Positions 39,022 to 51,827 of a stretch of DNA of 64,000 bases are shown here, piece by piece (position 1 is the first letter of the stretch; each line of letters opens with the position of its first letter). Below the pieces are notes generated by a model, which had not been told where the DNA came from, did no database searches, and saw nothing but the letters and a program-made list of their open reading frames with translations. Source of the DNA: Acanthaster planci (Eukaryota); assembly GCF_001949145.1 (NCBI RefSeq), contig NW_019091355.1, positions 1,635,107-1,699,106 of the forward strand. Direction: 5' to 3'. A program made the translations under genes and the position numbers.

Positions 39022-39952
39022 ACCTTACTGCACTCCACCTTTTTCATGGTTCCGCATGCTATAGCATTTTGAAAGTTGCCCAGTTGGAGTAGGCCTAGGC
39101 CTACCAGATAACACCTCCGTTTGTGCTTTCTGAAGTAAATCTTCCACTAAACACTAGTGGAACTGGCTACCCATGGTACCAGCATGACCAGGCATGATTG
39201 TATTTTGTGGCGTTTAAACTATATTATTGGCCCAAAATGAGGGTTTTTTGACCATCCTTAGGCCTACCTCTCATCCCATAACGATCCGCACCCATCTGCA
39301 TTCTCCGTGGCGGTGCGTCACGTGACACAAACTGGCACAGCATATTTACATAAAGAACGTTTAGGCCTATTGCTTTGGATATCAGTCCCCATAATTCCAA
39401 CTACTCTCGCTAAGATTATGTATAGAGATGTCTGGGAAATCTGTTTTCACGGAACCACACTATTCACATACATGCATATTGGCTCGATCATTTTGCAAGG
39501 GGGGGGCAGCGATGTCAGAGTGCGCGATACATGCTGCGTTGTCAAGCTAGCTGTTTACAGATTTCCCAGACGTCTCTATTCATTGGCCTAATCTTAGCGG
39601 GAGTAGTCACAATTATCGGGACTGGTATCCAAAGCAACATAAATTTTCATTGCACGAACACATTGTGCCTGTCTTTGTCAAGTGACGTACGGCCCCGGAG
39701 AATGCAGATATGCACAGATCGTTGAGGAACAAGAGGTAAAGATGGTAGGAAAAACCTCAGTTTTGCCATATAGAATATAGATTAAACGCTACAAAATATA
39801 ATCATGTAATCAGTTCCATATGGATTAGCTATTATTATCAGCTTTTTAGGGGAAGATTTGCTTCAGAAAGTGCAAATGGAGGCTTCATCTGGTACTCCAA
39901 CCGGGCAACTTTCAAAATGCCGGAAACATCAAAAAGGTGGGGTGCAGTAAGG
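39022..39952. mobile_element. About 930-bp inverted-repeat-bounded element upstream of ZCCHC7
   Basis: ccttactgcactccacctttttcatggttcc...gcattttgaaagttgcccagttggagta (39022-39090) is the near reverse complement of tactccaaccgggcaactttcaaaatgc...aaaaaggtggggtgcagtaagg (39893-39952). Confidence 0.65.
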
Positions 39953-40483
39953 TCTACGGAATAGTACCTTACTGTTCAGGAAGTAATCTGGGTCATTCAT
40001 CATGTTCGTTGTCAAGATCATTTGAAACATCAAACAGTCGTAAGTTGAACATGTTGACAAAAGTTCCAGAATCATCATGACTGTCATGACTCACTTCAAG
40101 TTCTAAAACTGTAAGGTACAACTTGCGCACAGGTCATGCCTGACAGTTCTGGAAGTAGTTATGACCATAATGACTGCAATGTCTATCACTTATCAGTATC
40201 AACTACATTTCAATAAATTCAATTGTGCACTAAACCGTGACCATGCGAACCTGTAAATTGAGCCTAACATGCTTACGACAAAGAGTTTTAGTCTGTCCAG
40301 GAGCGGTTTCCCCCTACATGGATTTCCCCTGTACAAAACTACTAACTCAATGTCTTTAGGCCTACATTGTTTTGTAAAAATTTGCTAATCCAAATACATG
40401 TACATGTACAAGCAAGGTTGGTTATTTCCTTTTCAATTCAGTGGCAGTAACTGTAAGTTGAAATTCACCGATCTCAGCCAAAG

Positions 40484-43400
40484 ATGGATCCCTTGCAAAG
40501 AATTATCACAGCTGGCAAAGGAAGCGATTGGGACAATGATTTGCAGAACAGCGAGGAAGAAAGTGAACAAGACTCGAGTGAAGACGAAATCGGAGAAATA
40601 GAGGAAGCCCTCCTCCAACGCATTCACTACGCCGAAGACTACCCGGAGGATCATGGCTCCACCCCTGGAGAAGGAGCAGAGGGCTTACTCCCACAATGCA
40701 GTGGAGAGACTCTCTCCAATATAACAATCAAAAGATTAGGCAGAGAGGACATTACGATTGAAAGGATAGATACCAGAATAGGCATTCAAGAAAAAGGAAG
40801 GAGTCTGACTTCGGCAAAAGCTGAGAAAGTGTTTGAACCTATAAGTGGCAGCGTAGCATGTGACTTTGCCAAATCTACTCAGGTTGAGTCTATAAAGGAC
40901 CACAGGGAGACATTCGACAGTGACAGTCCTCAGACACTGACGGTACACGGGTCTGACTCAGAGAGTGAATCCAAATATAAAGCAATCAAGTCTAAAACCA
41001 AATCTGGCAAAGAGGCAGAGAGTAGTTCCGCATCTGTGATTGAAATTTCGTCTAGCAGTGGTGAGGCAGAGGGTTCAACGGGGAGAATCAAGTACTTGAA
41101 GATGAGAAATGACATTGATGTTGTATCAATCAACTGCAGAGAAGGTGATTCGGACGTGGGTTCCTACAGCGATTCTGAAATTGTCTTCACGGACCAAATG
41201 TTACCAACTCCGGAACCGTCTCCACCGGACAAAGCAACAAAACGGCAGTGGCGGAATTCTGGAGATAGTACTGGCATCACCAATCCAGTCAAAACATCGA
41301 CAAGGGTAAAACTGAAGAGAACGGTCATTGATGCAGAACTGAGAAGCATTTTAAACGAGTTGAAGAATGAGTCCAGTGAAGACGATTACTCAGAAGCCAT
41401 GGTGATAGAGTCACACAGTGAGGATGAGGCACTGAATGTGAACTTTGACTCTGACCCCATGCAAGGGAAGGTTCACAAGCAGGTGAGAGGTCATGAAAGA
41501 TCACTACTTAGAACAGTTATAGTAAACTTCAAACTTTGAGTTGTTGGAGAATTGTGCTTAGCCATTTGTAAATTACCTGCATGAGGCAGTTAGACACTTC
41601 TGCCTGACTGGGAAGTCAGGTGAGTGTAGTGGTCCTTTCCTCGCCTTCCACCTCTGTGGTCCCGGGTTCAAATCCCGGCCCGGTCCACATGTGGATTGGG
41701 TTTTCAGTCCCTACCTGATTCCATGGGTTTTACCCAGAATATTCCTGTGGGAGTTTCCTCCCACCTTTGAAACTATAACTGCCTCTCATTGTCTCATATC
41801 TACAGGTTTCTTCAAGGCTTGAAGCTTACAGTGCCTTGGGCGCTCACTTGAGCAATCCTTAGGGTCATTACCAGAAACTAAAATAATAATAATTTTTATG
41901 AATATTGTAATTTCCTTTATATTGAAGTTTGTCTTGTATATGTATGCTTAAATCCCATCTTTCTCCAGGATTCCCAGAGTTCGTTGAATGAGAACAAACG
42001 CACAATACACCGCTATTATCAAGAGTCCGAAGGTCTGCCATACACATTTTTCAACTGCTCCAAGTATGGTCACATGAACAGACACTGTCCGAATCTAAAA
42101 GTAAGTGGCTCCTTCCCCCAACCCCCCCCCAAAAAAAAAACAACAGAGATTTGTAAGAATGGATAATTACTGGTAATGTATACTGTTTTAACATTATGAA
42201 AGTGTTTTTACATTGTAAAAAGTTACCCCTGCCCAGTGGGCCCATAGTTCCCCAGACCATTTCTGCTTTCTGGCAAGTGTACGAGCTCAGTCTATCTCAA
42301 TCTCAGTTCTCTCCTGGATCAATAGAAGCAGTTAGTTGCAAAGTATCTTGCCTGAGGACACAAGTGGGCCCGTAATTCCCCGACCATCTCTGCTTTCTGG
42401 CAATCGTGCAGCTCATTGCTGCCCTTTTTGCATAGACTGCTCACTGAAACATCATCTCAATCTCAGTTCCCTCCTGGACGAATGGAAGGTGTTGTTAATC
42501 TTGTCATAGCTTACATGTAAGCACTGCATCCTCAAGGTTGGACGCAAACCTACGACCCGCCAAACTACATTCCAAATTCTGAAAGTCAGCATACCAACCC
42601 AAGAGACCTTAGTAATTCATAAAGTCAGCACACAAAACCAAGAGATCTTAGCACTTCATAAAGTCAGCACACCAGCCCAAGAGACCTTAGTAATTCATAA
42701 AGTCAGCACACCAAACCAAGAGATCTTAGCACTTCATAAAGTCAGCACACCAAACAAAGAGATCTTAACACTTCATAATGTGCGACACATTCAGCAAAAC
42801 AAACAATTGACATGCATTCATTCTTTTTTGTATTTTTAATTGTGGAGCTTTTCTTTTCTTTCTTTCAGCAAGAAAAGATACAGACATGCACACTTTGTGG
42901 TACCCAGGGTCACAGGTCTCGGCAATGCTCAAATGCCCTATGCTATATCTGTTTTCAGCCTGGGCACAATGCCAAAAGATGTCCCAACAAGAAACTGCGG
43001 TACCTGACTTGTCGTCGATGCTCCATGAAGGGACATACAGAACAGGTACAGCCCTCTTGTAAATGCCAGTTGCTCAATGGTTTGAGTTCCCAATCTACTG
43101 ATATGGGGCAAAAGAGTGCACTTGAGTCATTTTCATCTGAATGTGCTCAAACATGCTGTATCTTTACATTGGTGCTTGGCATGTAGCTTCAGCATTTGGG
43201 GTTTGAGTGTGACAACAATATACATGCATAATTTCTCTCTTTCTCAAGACTCAGTGGGAACATATCTTCTTGTTTTCAGAATTATTGTTAAATATCAAGC
43301 CGTTCTGGAATTTGGAAGCTCGTTTTCATCATTAGCAATTGCTCCAAAAATGGTCTTCCAAATAATATGTACATGTACAGTGTTTTGAAGAGCCTGAGTT

Positions 43401-46400
43401 GGAAATCTTACAAATGTTTTCTTGATCTTTTCCTTCAGCTTTGCCCTGATAGATGGCGACAGTATCATCTAACAGTAAGTCTTGAATGTAAAATCCACTT
43501 ACACTGAGATGTTTCAAACTTGCATCTTCAACCAACAGTGTGGTGACGTGCATGTCAGTGTGGTGCATCTCCTTGGCTGTGGCTTTATTTTTAAATAACA
43601 CCTGTAAAGGAGAAAACACAGTTAACAAGTCAAAAGTGTGTTGAATTTGCTCTAACCATGTTGCAAGAGGTGAAGATGCAAGATGATTTGTTCCTCTGTG
43701 GTTGCAGACGAAGCCAGGCAACATCCAGTGCGACAAATCCAGGCCAGAGACTAGCAAGCTGGTGGCAGTGAACGGCAAAGTCTTTTGTTACAATTGCGGC
43801 AAGGAGGGTCACTTTGGTCATGTAAGTAGGGCTGAGCCAATTCAAATAATTCACCATTCGAATATTCAACCTTCAATTTGATCGAATATCCGAATTTTCG
43901 GTCGCACAGAGCGGTAGATTGTTGATGAACAAACCATATACAAAATCAATTGCAATAACACACACAGTTGTACATTATGATCAGTATAATAATGAATAAT
44001 TTTACATTTTAAATCGTTGTAGGATTTTTTGACGCTTTTCATTTGAAATTGCTTGAAGCAAGCTTCCATAGTGTAATTTTTTTGTGTGATTAAATTACAG
44101 TTCAATTGTGTACGCATTTTCCCTTGTGTGGAAAGGTGCCCTGCTTAATACTCACGAGTTTGTTCCTTACAGACATGTACATAATGGTGCAAAAAATCAT
44201 TTTACGCCACACAGCTATATACTTTTAACCACTTTTTGTAAGCTTTTTTAAAGAGGAAAAAAAAATCAAAGGTAAATTTGCTGACTGCTATTCTTAGACA
44301 CAAAAAAAAATCAGAAAACAGTGCCAATTTGGCCTTGATTTTTACTTGCCCAAAAGAAGAAATTACTTGTTCCGGGCATTCGGACCGACGTTAATGTCGA
44401 GACCTGTTGTCAAGCAAAATGTGTGACTATTGAAAGCATTCCCCCTTGTCAAGACACACAAAGGATCTTATACCAATACTTAGCATTTTCACCAATTTTT
44501 TGCCATTTTGGACCCTGGCAACGTTGGCAGAAATGAGCTTATATAACAAGGAATGATTTCCATGAATGTTCATTGGGATGGGTTTTAATACCTGGTCACC
44601 CAAGGAATGCTTGGAGATCCGCATGGAGCAGCACATGCCTCTGGTCTTACCGTACGTGGTTCGGTATGGTCAGATCCCACAACGGTTCCGGCAAGTTCAG
44701 CTGGACAGGTCTAAGCCACCTCAGGATGCCAGAGGGTTCCATGCCCCAGGGCCCGGTGCAGAGGTGGACAGTAGGCTGCCCCCCGCTGCCCCCAAGAAGG
44801 AGAGACGCAAAACAAAGAGGAAGAGGTTGCGAGCAGGTGAACGATCAATCATTTGTTTGAAGTGCAACTTTGCAGAAGTTCATCTTCCCTCAGGTTTCAG
44901 TTTTGTGGATTGAGTCTCCCGAGACAAAAATTCAGCCTCAGATTCTTCCAATTTTTCTGATAATGCCAACATGTTGGGCATTCTCATTTTGGTTTCAACA
45001 TCAAATGTTTAAAACTCGTTGTGGAGCTAAAGGTGAAGCTGTGATTTGGAAAAAGATTGTGTAGCGGTTTAGATCTCAACTTTAATATTGACACACAGAC
45101 TTGTTAAAGTGCTCTTCTGCAATGTAACAGTTCCCCAAATTAAATTCCTGCTTGTCATGTGACCTTTTGGGGGTTAAGTCCATTCTACCAATTTGCCGGT
45201 ACAGCAGAAAATACCAGTTGCTTTCCAAATTTGTATGGGTACAGATGTTGAGAAGGTTTCATTGGCTTTGGGGGATTTGCTCTTTTTTGTCCCAGAAAAA
45301 CTTGCTGCAGCTGCAGCAAAATCTCTCACAGCAGCAGGCAGTACAGGCAAGACAAACGAAATACAAGCTCCCTCTGCAGAACAGGGAACGAAGGGAAAGA
45401 AACGAAAGCTGGAACCAGTGGGTGAGTTGAGAGATGGTGTAACATTCGTCAAGACCAGAAGTTGATTCCAATGACCCAGTTTAGGGAACAGCACAGGGTT
45501 TCCCCTGAGGTGTGAGGAGGGCAAACAAAATTCTAAAATCAGTGAGGTGGGCCGCAATAGGCAGGGAAACCTGGAGCAGCATACAGGGAATAAGACCTTT
45601 TGGTATAGGAAAGACATTCCCTGTCTACATTAAAGGGTGGCTGCAATAGATTTTTGTGATAACAAACCTCTTAAATGCACCTTTTTGCCTCTACCAATCT
45701 TATATTCAACTTCTGTTTCATTATTTCAAAGGATATTTTAACACCTTTGGGGGATTTATGCTAATGAGATTTCCATATTCATGAGCAAAACTGTGATGTA
45801 ATCTCAGGAAGAAGCCTCAATGTTACATTGGTTTGTACACAAAAAGTCCTGCACTTTTGTAGAGTTTCCTGGACCAAGTTTTCTCTTCTTTGCAGAATCA
45901 TTGTTGTTTCTGTGCATAGCAACAAGAAAGCACCAATCCCTCTTTCAGAAATGTTTTCAGGAGGTAAATTCTGGGTTCACAATTTGATCAAAACACCCAT
46001 GCACTGAACCATGTCTTCCCTTGATGATGTCACAGCAACAGTGCCCTCAGTTGCATGGATAATTTTCATTGTTTAAAAACATGCACTTTTCAGTGCATTT
46101 AACTAAATAGGAGTGTAAAGAGTTTTCATACAAAGAGGAAGAGTACAAAGATGCAGAAAAATTGTGTAAAATAAATATTCATTGCAGCTACACTTGAACC
46201 AGTATGGGCTAACTGCTATCAGTGACTGTTTGGCAGCCGCAGGTCAATCTAACCCATTAGCCATTGCGTAAAATGTATCCTTGGAACCTGTCACCGACAG
46301 TACTTGGTCCTGAGAGTAACAAGCTGATTCCATGGGGGAGCACGCTCTCATTGAAACAGCCAAGTTGCACTGGAAGCAAATAAGCTGTGTTTTGTGATTT

Positions 46401-48762
46401 TATTTTCTGGTGGTTTTTTTTTTCCAAAGAATTGGCAACCACAGACAGCAAAGATTGTACCAAAGAGCAATTAGTCAAGAAGTGCCGTAAGAAGACCAAA
46501 GCAAAGACTGAGGCAGACGAGGTAAACACAAGATTGGGTTCTGAATATAGACAAAAATATAATATACAATCAGTGCTCTGAACTGTATAATTGTCGAGCT
46601 TTCGGTAAGTAACTGGGTACCTTCGTTAGGGCAAGGAGATGGAACTGAATGTGCTTGCCCTGACGAAGGTACCCAGTTACCGAAAGCTCAGCAATTTCAC
46701 AGGTCAGAGCACTGATTATACGTTATATTTTTGTCTATATTCTGATCACGGTGCTACGCAGCCCTTTCATATTTCTACAAGGTTGTGTTCTGTTGTTTTT
46801 CTTGCCCTGACCAGATAATACAATCTACCCGTTACTTTCTTAGGTCTTTCCTTTCAGAAACAAAACTGAGTGGGCAATCTTGTTAGAGAGTGTGTTTACT
46901 GTAAGCCAGTTCCCTGATAACTATAATCAACACTTGGTAGAATTTGTGAATTATTGTGGAAATTATTAAAAAGAAGTCATTGTTATACATCAGTCAGGGT
47001 TCCTGCAACCTGGAAAAGTTATGAAAAGTCATGGAAATTTGTTTTTCCTTTTTCAGGTCAGGTAAAGTCATGGAATTTTGTCATGGAAGTCATAAATTCC
47101 TGTGTGATTTCCAGTGTTGTAGGTCTCGAGACCTGGTCTCAGTCTCGAGACCGTCTTGAGACCTTTTTTTGCGGTCTCGGTCTCGCCCTGTCAAAGTCTC
47201 AGTCTTGGGAGGGCCGGTCTCGGTCTCGAAAGCGCCAGTCTCGGTCTCGATCTGCGAAAGGCTCGGTCTTGAATTCCTGGTCTTGGTCTTGAAGGAGTTG
47301 GTCTAGGTCATGGTCTTGGTCTTGTAAGCGCCGGTCTCGACCAGCAAAAGTCTCCATCTCGAAGTCCTGGTCTTGGTCTTGAAGGAGTAGGTCTCGGTCT
47401 TGTGTGCCTTAGTCTAGGTCTTGGTCTCGGACATCAAGGTCTCGAATACAACACTGGTGATTTCTATTATCAGAAATAAGTGAATAAATTCTCTGATTGT
47501 ATTTGCAACCTAAAAGGCCGAATAGTCTAAGAAATTGCGTTAGTTGGTCGTGGATTTATCATTATTTGGTCATGGAGAAGTCATGGAATTTTATTGTCCT
47601 TTAGGTTCAGGAACCCTGTTCAGTTGTTGGATACAGCAGTGTTCTTTGCAACAACATTCTGTTTTACTGTATCCTAACAGAAGCTTGAAAACCAGTTGTC
47701 ACACCTCCCAAAAATGGAGAGAAAGACCATTCTAGGGGAGATGGACTTGCAACACAAGCAGGAAGCCAGTCACCGGGAGGAGATATTAGATGACTATGAA
47801 GAAACCGACGGGTACAGGCAGGAAATTGCTCATGAACTGGCAAAATTGCCAGCAGAGACCCAGGCAGTACCAGTGGGGAAAAAGAAGAAGAAACGACAGC
47901 CAAAGAGCGTACGAAAGATGTGGGCAGAATATCATCGGGGACTGCAACAGCAGCAGCAACAACAACAGAAGCTGTTGCTGCAGCGACAGCAGCAGCTGCC
48001 ACCGCCCAAGCAGCAACACGTCTTTTTCAGCTTCAATTTTGGCCAGTTTGCCGAGCTGGAGAGGAAGTACCTCGAGCAGAGTTTGGACACCGGTTTGCAG
48101 GATGCAAGTTCTGATGCGTCCCAGATCCCCACAGTCCAGCAGTCGCAGTTAAACAGAATAAATGCAAAGCCAGATGCCATGCCTGCAAAGAAGAGACGAA
48201 AAAGAAAACCAAAACATAACAAAGGGGAACCCAACCACATCCAAACAAGCTTCAAAGGTCCGTATGCAAGATATAACTCTCCCCAAATACTAGAAGTGTA
48301 AAATTACATGCTACAATTTCTTTATCCTTGAGAAAGATAACACATAGAATTCATCTCAGTGGTGGACTGTGGTTGATTAATTTCCCCTCCCCATGGGACG
48401 AAGTAATAATGACAAAATGCCTTGCCTATGGACACACACCACAGCCCTCATAACTATCTGCAGAATTGTCCATGCAGACAAGATTTTCGAGCGTCATGAT
48501 CGAGAGCACGTTTTCATGACTTCACTTGAAAGCACACCTGTTCCTTTTTATACCAACAGGCAATGACCCACAACGCAGTGTATCCATGACAAGCAATCCA
48601 AACTTCAAACCACTGTCAAAGAGGCAACAGAAAAAAGCGAATTACTACAAGAGATTGAATGAAGCAAGGATCAAGGGGCAATACATCAAGGGAGATGAGC
48701 AAGGTGTAGTCAGGCCAAGCTTCAGGTCAGACCGCGGCTTCCAAGTGCAGCTCAAGTTTTGA
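40484..48762 (+). CDS. ZCCHC7: Zinc finger CCHC domain-containing protein 7 (Air1/Air2-like TRAMP subunit), 10 exons, about 895 aa
   Basis: Exons 40484-41482, 41969-42100, 42869-43045, 43439-43474, 43708-43821, 44605-44836, 45296-45421, 46430-46521, 47681-48257, 48560-48762 (phases consistent). Acidic/Ser-rich N-terminus and five knuckles (FFNC..GH..C, CTLC..GH..C, CYIC..GH..C, CRRC..GH..C, CYNCGKEGHFGHEC), with the diagnostic CPDRWRQYHLT linker between knuckles 4 and 5. Confidence 0.9.
41611..41893 (+). mobile_element. tRNA-derived SINE, family C, in ZCCHC7 intron 1
   Basis: A-box gtgtagtggt, B-box gggttcaaatccc, body atgtggattgggttttcagtccctacctga...tttcctcccac, and an (AAT)n tail. Confidence 0.7.
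42582..42777 (+). repeat. Minisatellite, five copies of a 39-bp unit
   Basis: aaagtcagca(c/t)acca..ccaagaga(c/t)cttag(taa/cac)ttcat starting at 42582, 42621, 42660, 42699 and 42738. Confidence 0.9.
45634..46195. mobile_element. Possible non-autonomous DNA transposon with imperfect about 15-bp TIRs
   Basis: aagggtggctgcaat ... attgcagctacactt; the left end is preceded by ttaa. Confidence 0.4.
46543..46772. mobile_element. Penelope-like terminal repeat fragments in inverted arrangement, each with a minimal hammerhead ribozyme-like core
   Basis: Arms 46543-46635 and 46654-46742 are near reverse complements. The right arm reads ttgcc-CTGACGA-a-ggta-cccagt-tacc-GAAA-gc-TC-agcaa. Confidence 0.7.
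46995..47618. mobile_element. Older MITE (TIR cagggttcc; internal aagtcatggaa repeats) that hosts the nested hAT MITE
   Basis: cagggttcctgcaacct ... aggttcaggaaccctg; gtcatggaa repeats on both sides of the nested insertion; TSD not clean. Confidence 0.7.
47112..47456. mobile_element. hAT-type MITE with internal (GGTCTC/GGTCTT)n repeats and a perfect 8-bp TSD
   Basis: TIR cagtgttgta...tacaacactg; TSD gtgatttc at 47104-47111 and 47457-47464. Confidence 0.9.
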
Positions 48763-51585
48763 AAGATGCAGGGTGTTTCAACTCCTTCAGAACACGCCAG
48801 CAAGTCTAACCCTGTTGCTACAGAAACGGATAGCTGAGGAGAACTTTGCTGCATGGGTTCTAGATCTAATACATGTATGTGACCGAATCTCTCCAAGGAG
48901 TCTTCAAATTATATTTCCAGTAATAACTGCATTAAAAAGAGCAAACTCAGATCCTCATTTTGATTAACCTCTAGTAATCCAGCAATTCGACCATAGTGCT
49001 GTTAAGAGGCACCGTCAATTGGCATTTATACTGTTGCCCTAGTGTTTTGTCTTGCAGCTTGGGATTCGAACCCATAACCGCCTTATTGCTGGTACAGATG
49101 TCGGCCACTCAGTCACTGAGTTTGTTTTGGTCAGCTAGCAAGTTTAAATCCAATACAGAAACAGATTCTGCTGTCAACAATTACTGAAGGATTTTTGTTC
49201 CTTAGGCTTTCAGAATTCAGAGTTTACGGTGAGTACATCACATTGGAAAAGGACTGTATCCAATATGAAAAATGTACGTCTCCCAACTGGCCCATTTTAT
49301 GTCAAGTTGTTCATACTTTGTTATTCATTTATCTGCTAAAGACTTCCACCGAATTGGACTGGATGTACAGGCAAAACAAATTTTCGAAGCAGCCTGTATC
49401 ATGTCAATGCAACACAAATTTTAATATTTTGTGTCCATTTAGTTACGGGGAAGGTTGTCATACACTAAAGTTTATTTTGGTGAAACCTCATGTTACAATA
49501 TACTGCAGATCTTTCTCACGGTTCTTACTTCTCACCTGAAAAATGGAAATATGTTGTAGCACAACGACTGTAAATTGTTTTCATTTAGTAGATAACTTGG
49601 TGAATTACTTAAAAAATAATGATATCTTGCTCTTTTTGCATTCTTGTGCACAACTTTCCCTTTAAAAAAGAAAACATATTTATTTGGGGTTGCATAAGAT
49701 GCGTCACAAAAGCAAAACAAAGTCACGTATTGGTAATCGCATATCACTCTTTTTTTTGCTGCATCTTTATACGTGTACATGTACGTGCATATAACTGATG
49801 AAAATAAAAACAGGATCTGAAATGCAGTTCAATTTTCAATTGTCAAATAATTTTGTAAATGTGGCAAATCTATTTAACTTGGCTTAACCAGACCGATATA
49901 GGTAAATTGTAAATTAGGCCGTCAAATTCAGATGATTGGAAAAAGAGATTACTCTCAGGGGAACACGTCTATCATTTTCAATTCATTAAAGAAATGCATG
50001 TAATAAAAAAAATTTCTCAAATGAGATAAAAGCTTTACACATGAATCTCTTAAGAATTTTTTTAAATGTCTGCTCAAATCTTCCAAGTTCGAATCAGTGT
50101 CGTATACAGCTTTTGGTGTGGGGGGGGTTCAAAAGCAAATGCACTTTCGAGCTCATTCAACATAATAATGGCGAAAAAATTATAGTCTATTTATTTGATA
50201 AATAGGGGGCAAGCTGCCCCCCCCCAAATATGCCACTGGTTCGGATTCAGGGGCTGAAAGTGCTCCAAAGCAGTTAAGAACTAGTGTGGACAATTAATGT
50301 TAAAAATTAGAAGACACCCGCGTAACTACAGCTTCAGAAGTTGATATTGTTGGGGCTATAGTGAAACGGTTATTCATCGTTATTTTTCAGAGCTTCTTTT
50401 TCTGCGGAGAACAAAGAAGGGGGGTCTTTGAGGATAAATATATGAAAAAGTACGAAAATTTTGAAAATGACAAGATAGTTAAGACACAAAAGTAACTTTG
50501 TGTTCTCACATCACTTGCTGAGAAGTTACCAAGGTATGGAGGCGGAATACCTTGCAATTTATACATTTTGCAAAACGCAATACGGATTCCAGGAAAGTCA
50601 TCAACGCTTCTCTTCCCTCAAACACAATTTCTTCGAATATTACTTAGATTTATTAAACAAGGCAAAGTTTTAATCACATATTTTAACATTTTTTGGGCCT
50701 TTAGCTTGTGTTTGGCACCAAAAGTTTAACTGAATGAACTAGAGAACTTGTACAATTATTAATAAGCATGAATCTCTGTGTTTTTTTTAAGTGGATGAAG
50801 CATATGCTGACCTGAGGCATCACAATATCTTAAGTGAAATAATTCCAACTGAAATGGGTCACAACTTCTTCTGTTGGAAGAAATCCATCTTCACGTTCTT
50901 TTCTTGAGCTGGTTGTGCCAATTCAACTAAGTTTACATGAATTGGAAAGAGTTCCATATATGGACAACAGTCTTGATGCCCCTAGGCCTCGTGCATAAAC
51001 CAAGGATTTAATATGAAAAACCTAAGTGCTTTCTGGGTAAATGCTTCGGGATTTCTTAGTTAAATTTCACTTTTTAGGACATGTTATCACTGTCTGATGG
51101 CTGTTACAACATTTTAAGGAAAAATTGGTGTTGTCCATGTATGCGGGAACTCTTTCCTGTGAACTTTCTTAACAAATTGGGGTCCGTGATGATGGGCTCC
51201 TTGAATGGAGGTAAGTATTCCAGCAAACATTTCCCAATGTGTAGGTGTTGGTTCAGGTAGCGCACAGCTACGAAGTGAAAATCTGAACTAGAAAAACTAA
51301 GCAATAACGTTAAGTTGCGGTTTCACTTACCCCGACCCAGGTATGCCACTGTATATGATGAAAGGGCAACAAGGACACGATGGTTAAATAAGGCACTATA
51401 CAGCTATAGAAACACCTGACTGATATTTGTTTGCTCTGCAAAAAAAAATCCGGATTTCTGGACCAGTCTGCTTTCGGAATATAACGCAACGACACGCATG
51501 CAGCGTCAGAATGCAACAGCATACACGAGTAATACGCTTGAATACACTCAAGACATTTGGCGTTGTCTGTCAATTGAAGGTTTTC

Positions 51586-51827
51586 TTGGCCCTTTTCCAA
51601 CACTCGACTTGGGCTCCGTCGGAGGCTTCGTTCCCAAAACCAATCCCCGATTGTGGGTCTGAAGCGTTTAAATTAAATTGGATTACTGTAATTTCTGGCT
51701 CTCTTGCATCTTTTTTGATGTTTTGTGGCACTATTAAACTAATTACTGCGCTTACAGCTTCAACGTCAGCTAGTTAAAGAACACTAAGCCTCCGACGGAG
51801 CCGAATTGAGTATTGGAAAACGGCCAA
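51586..51827. repeat. Inverted repeat or MITE, about 42-bp arms
   Basis: ttggcccttttccaacactcgacttgggctccgtcggaggctt versus aagcctccgacggagccgaattgagtattggaaaacggccaa. Confidence 0.75.

Noticed and set aside
42582..42777. CRISPR-like periodic repeat
   Set aside because: Contiguous tandem units with no unique spacers, in a eukaryotic intron.
46954..47292. Arg/Ser-rich 112-aa ORF
   Set aside because: Translation of the MITE's GGTCTC repeats.
47664..48255. Poly-Ala, poly-Leu and poly-Cys ORFs
   Set aside because: Alternative or antisense frames of the ZCCHC7 polyQ (CAG/CAA) tract.
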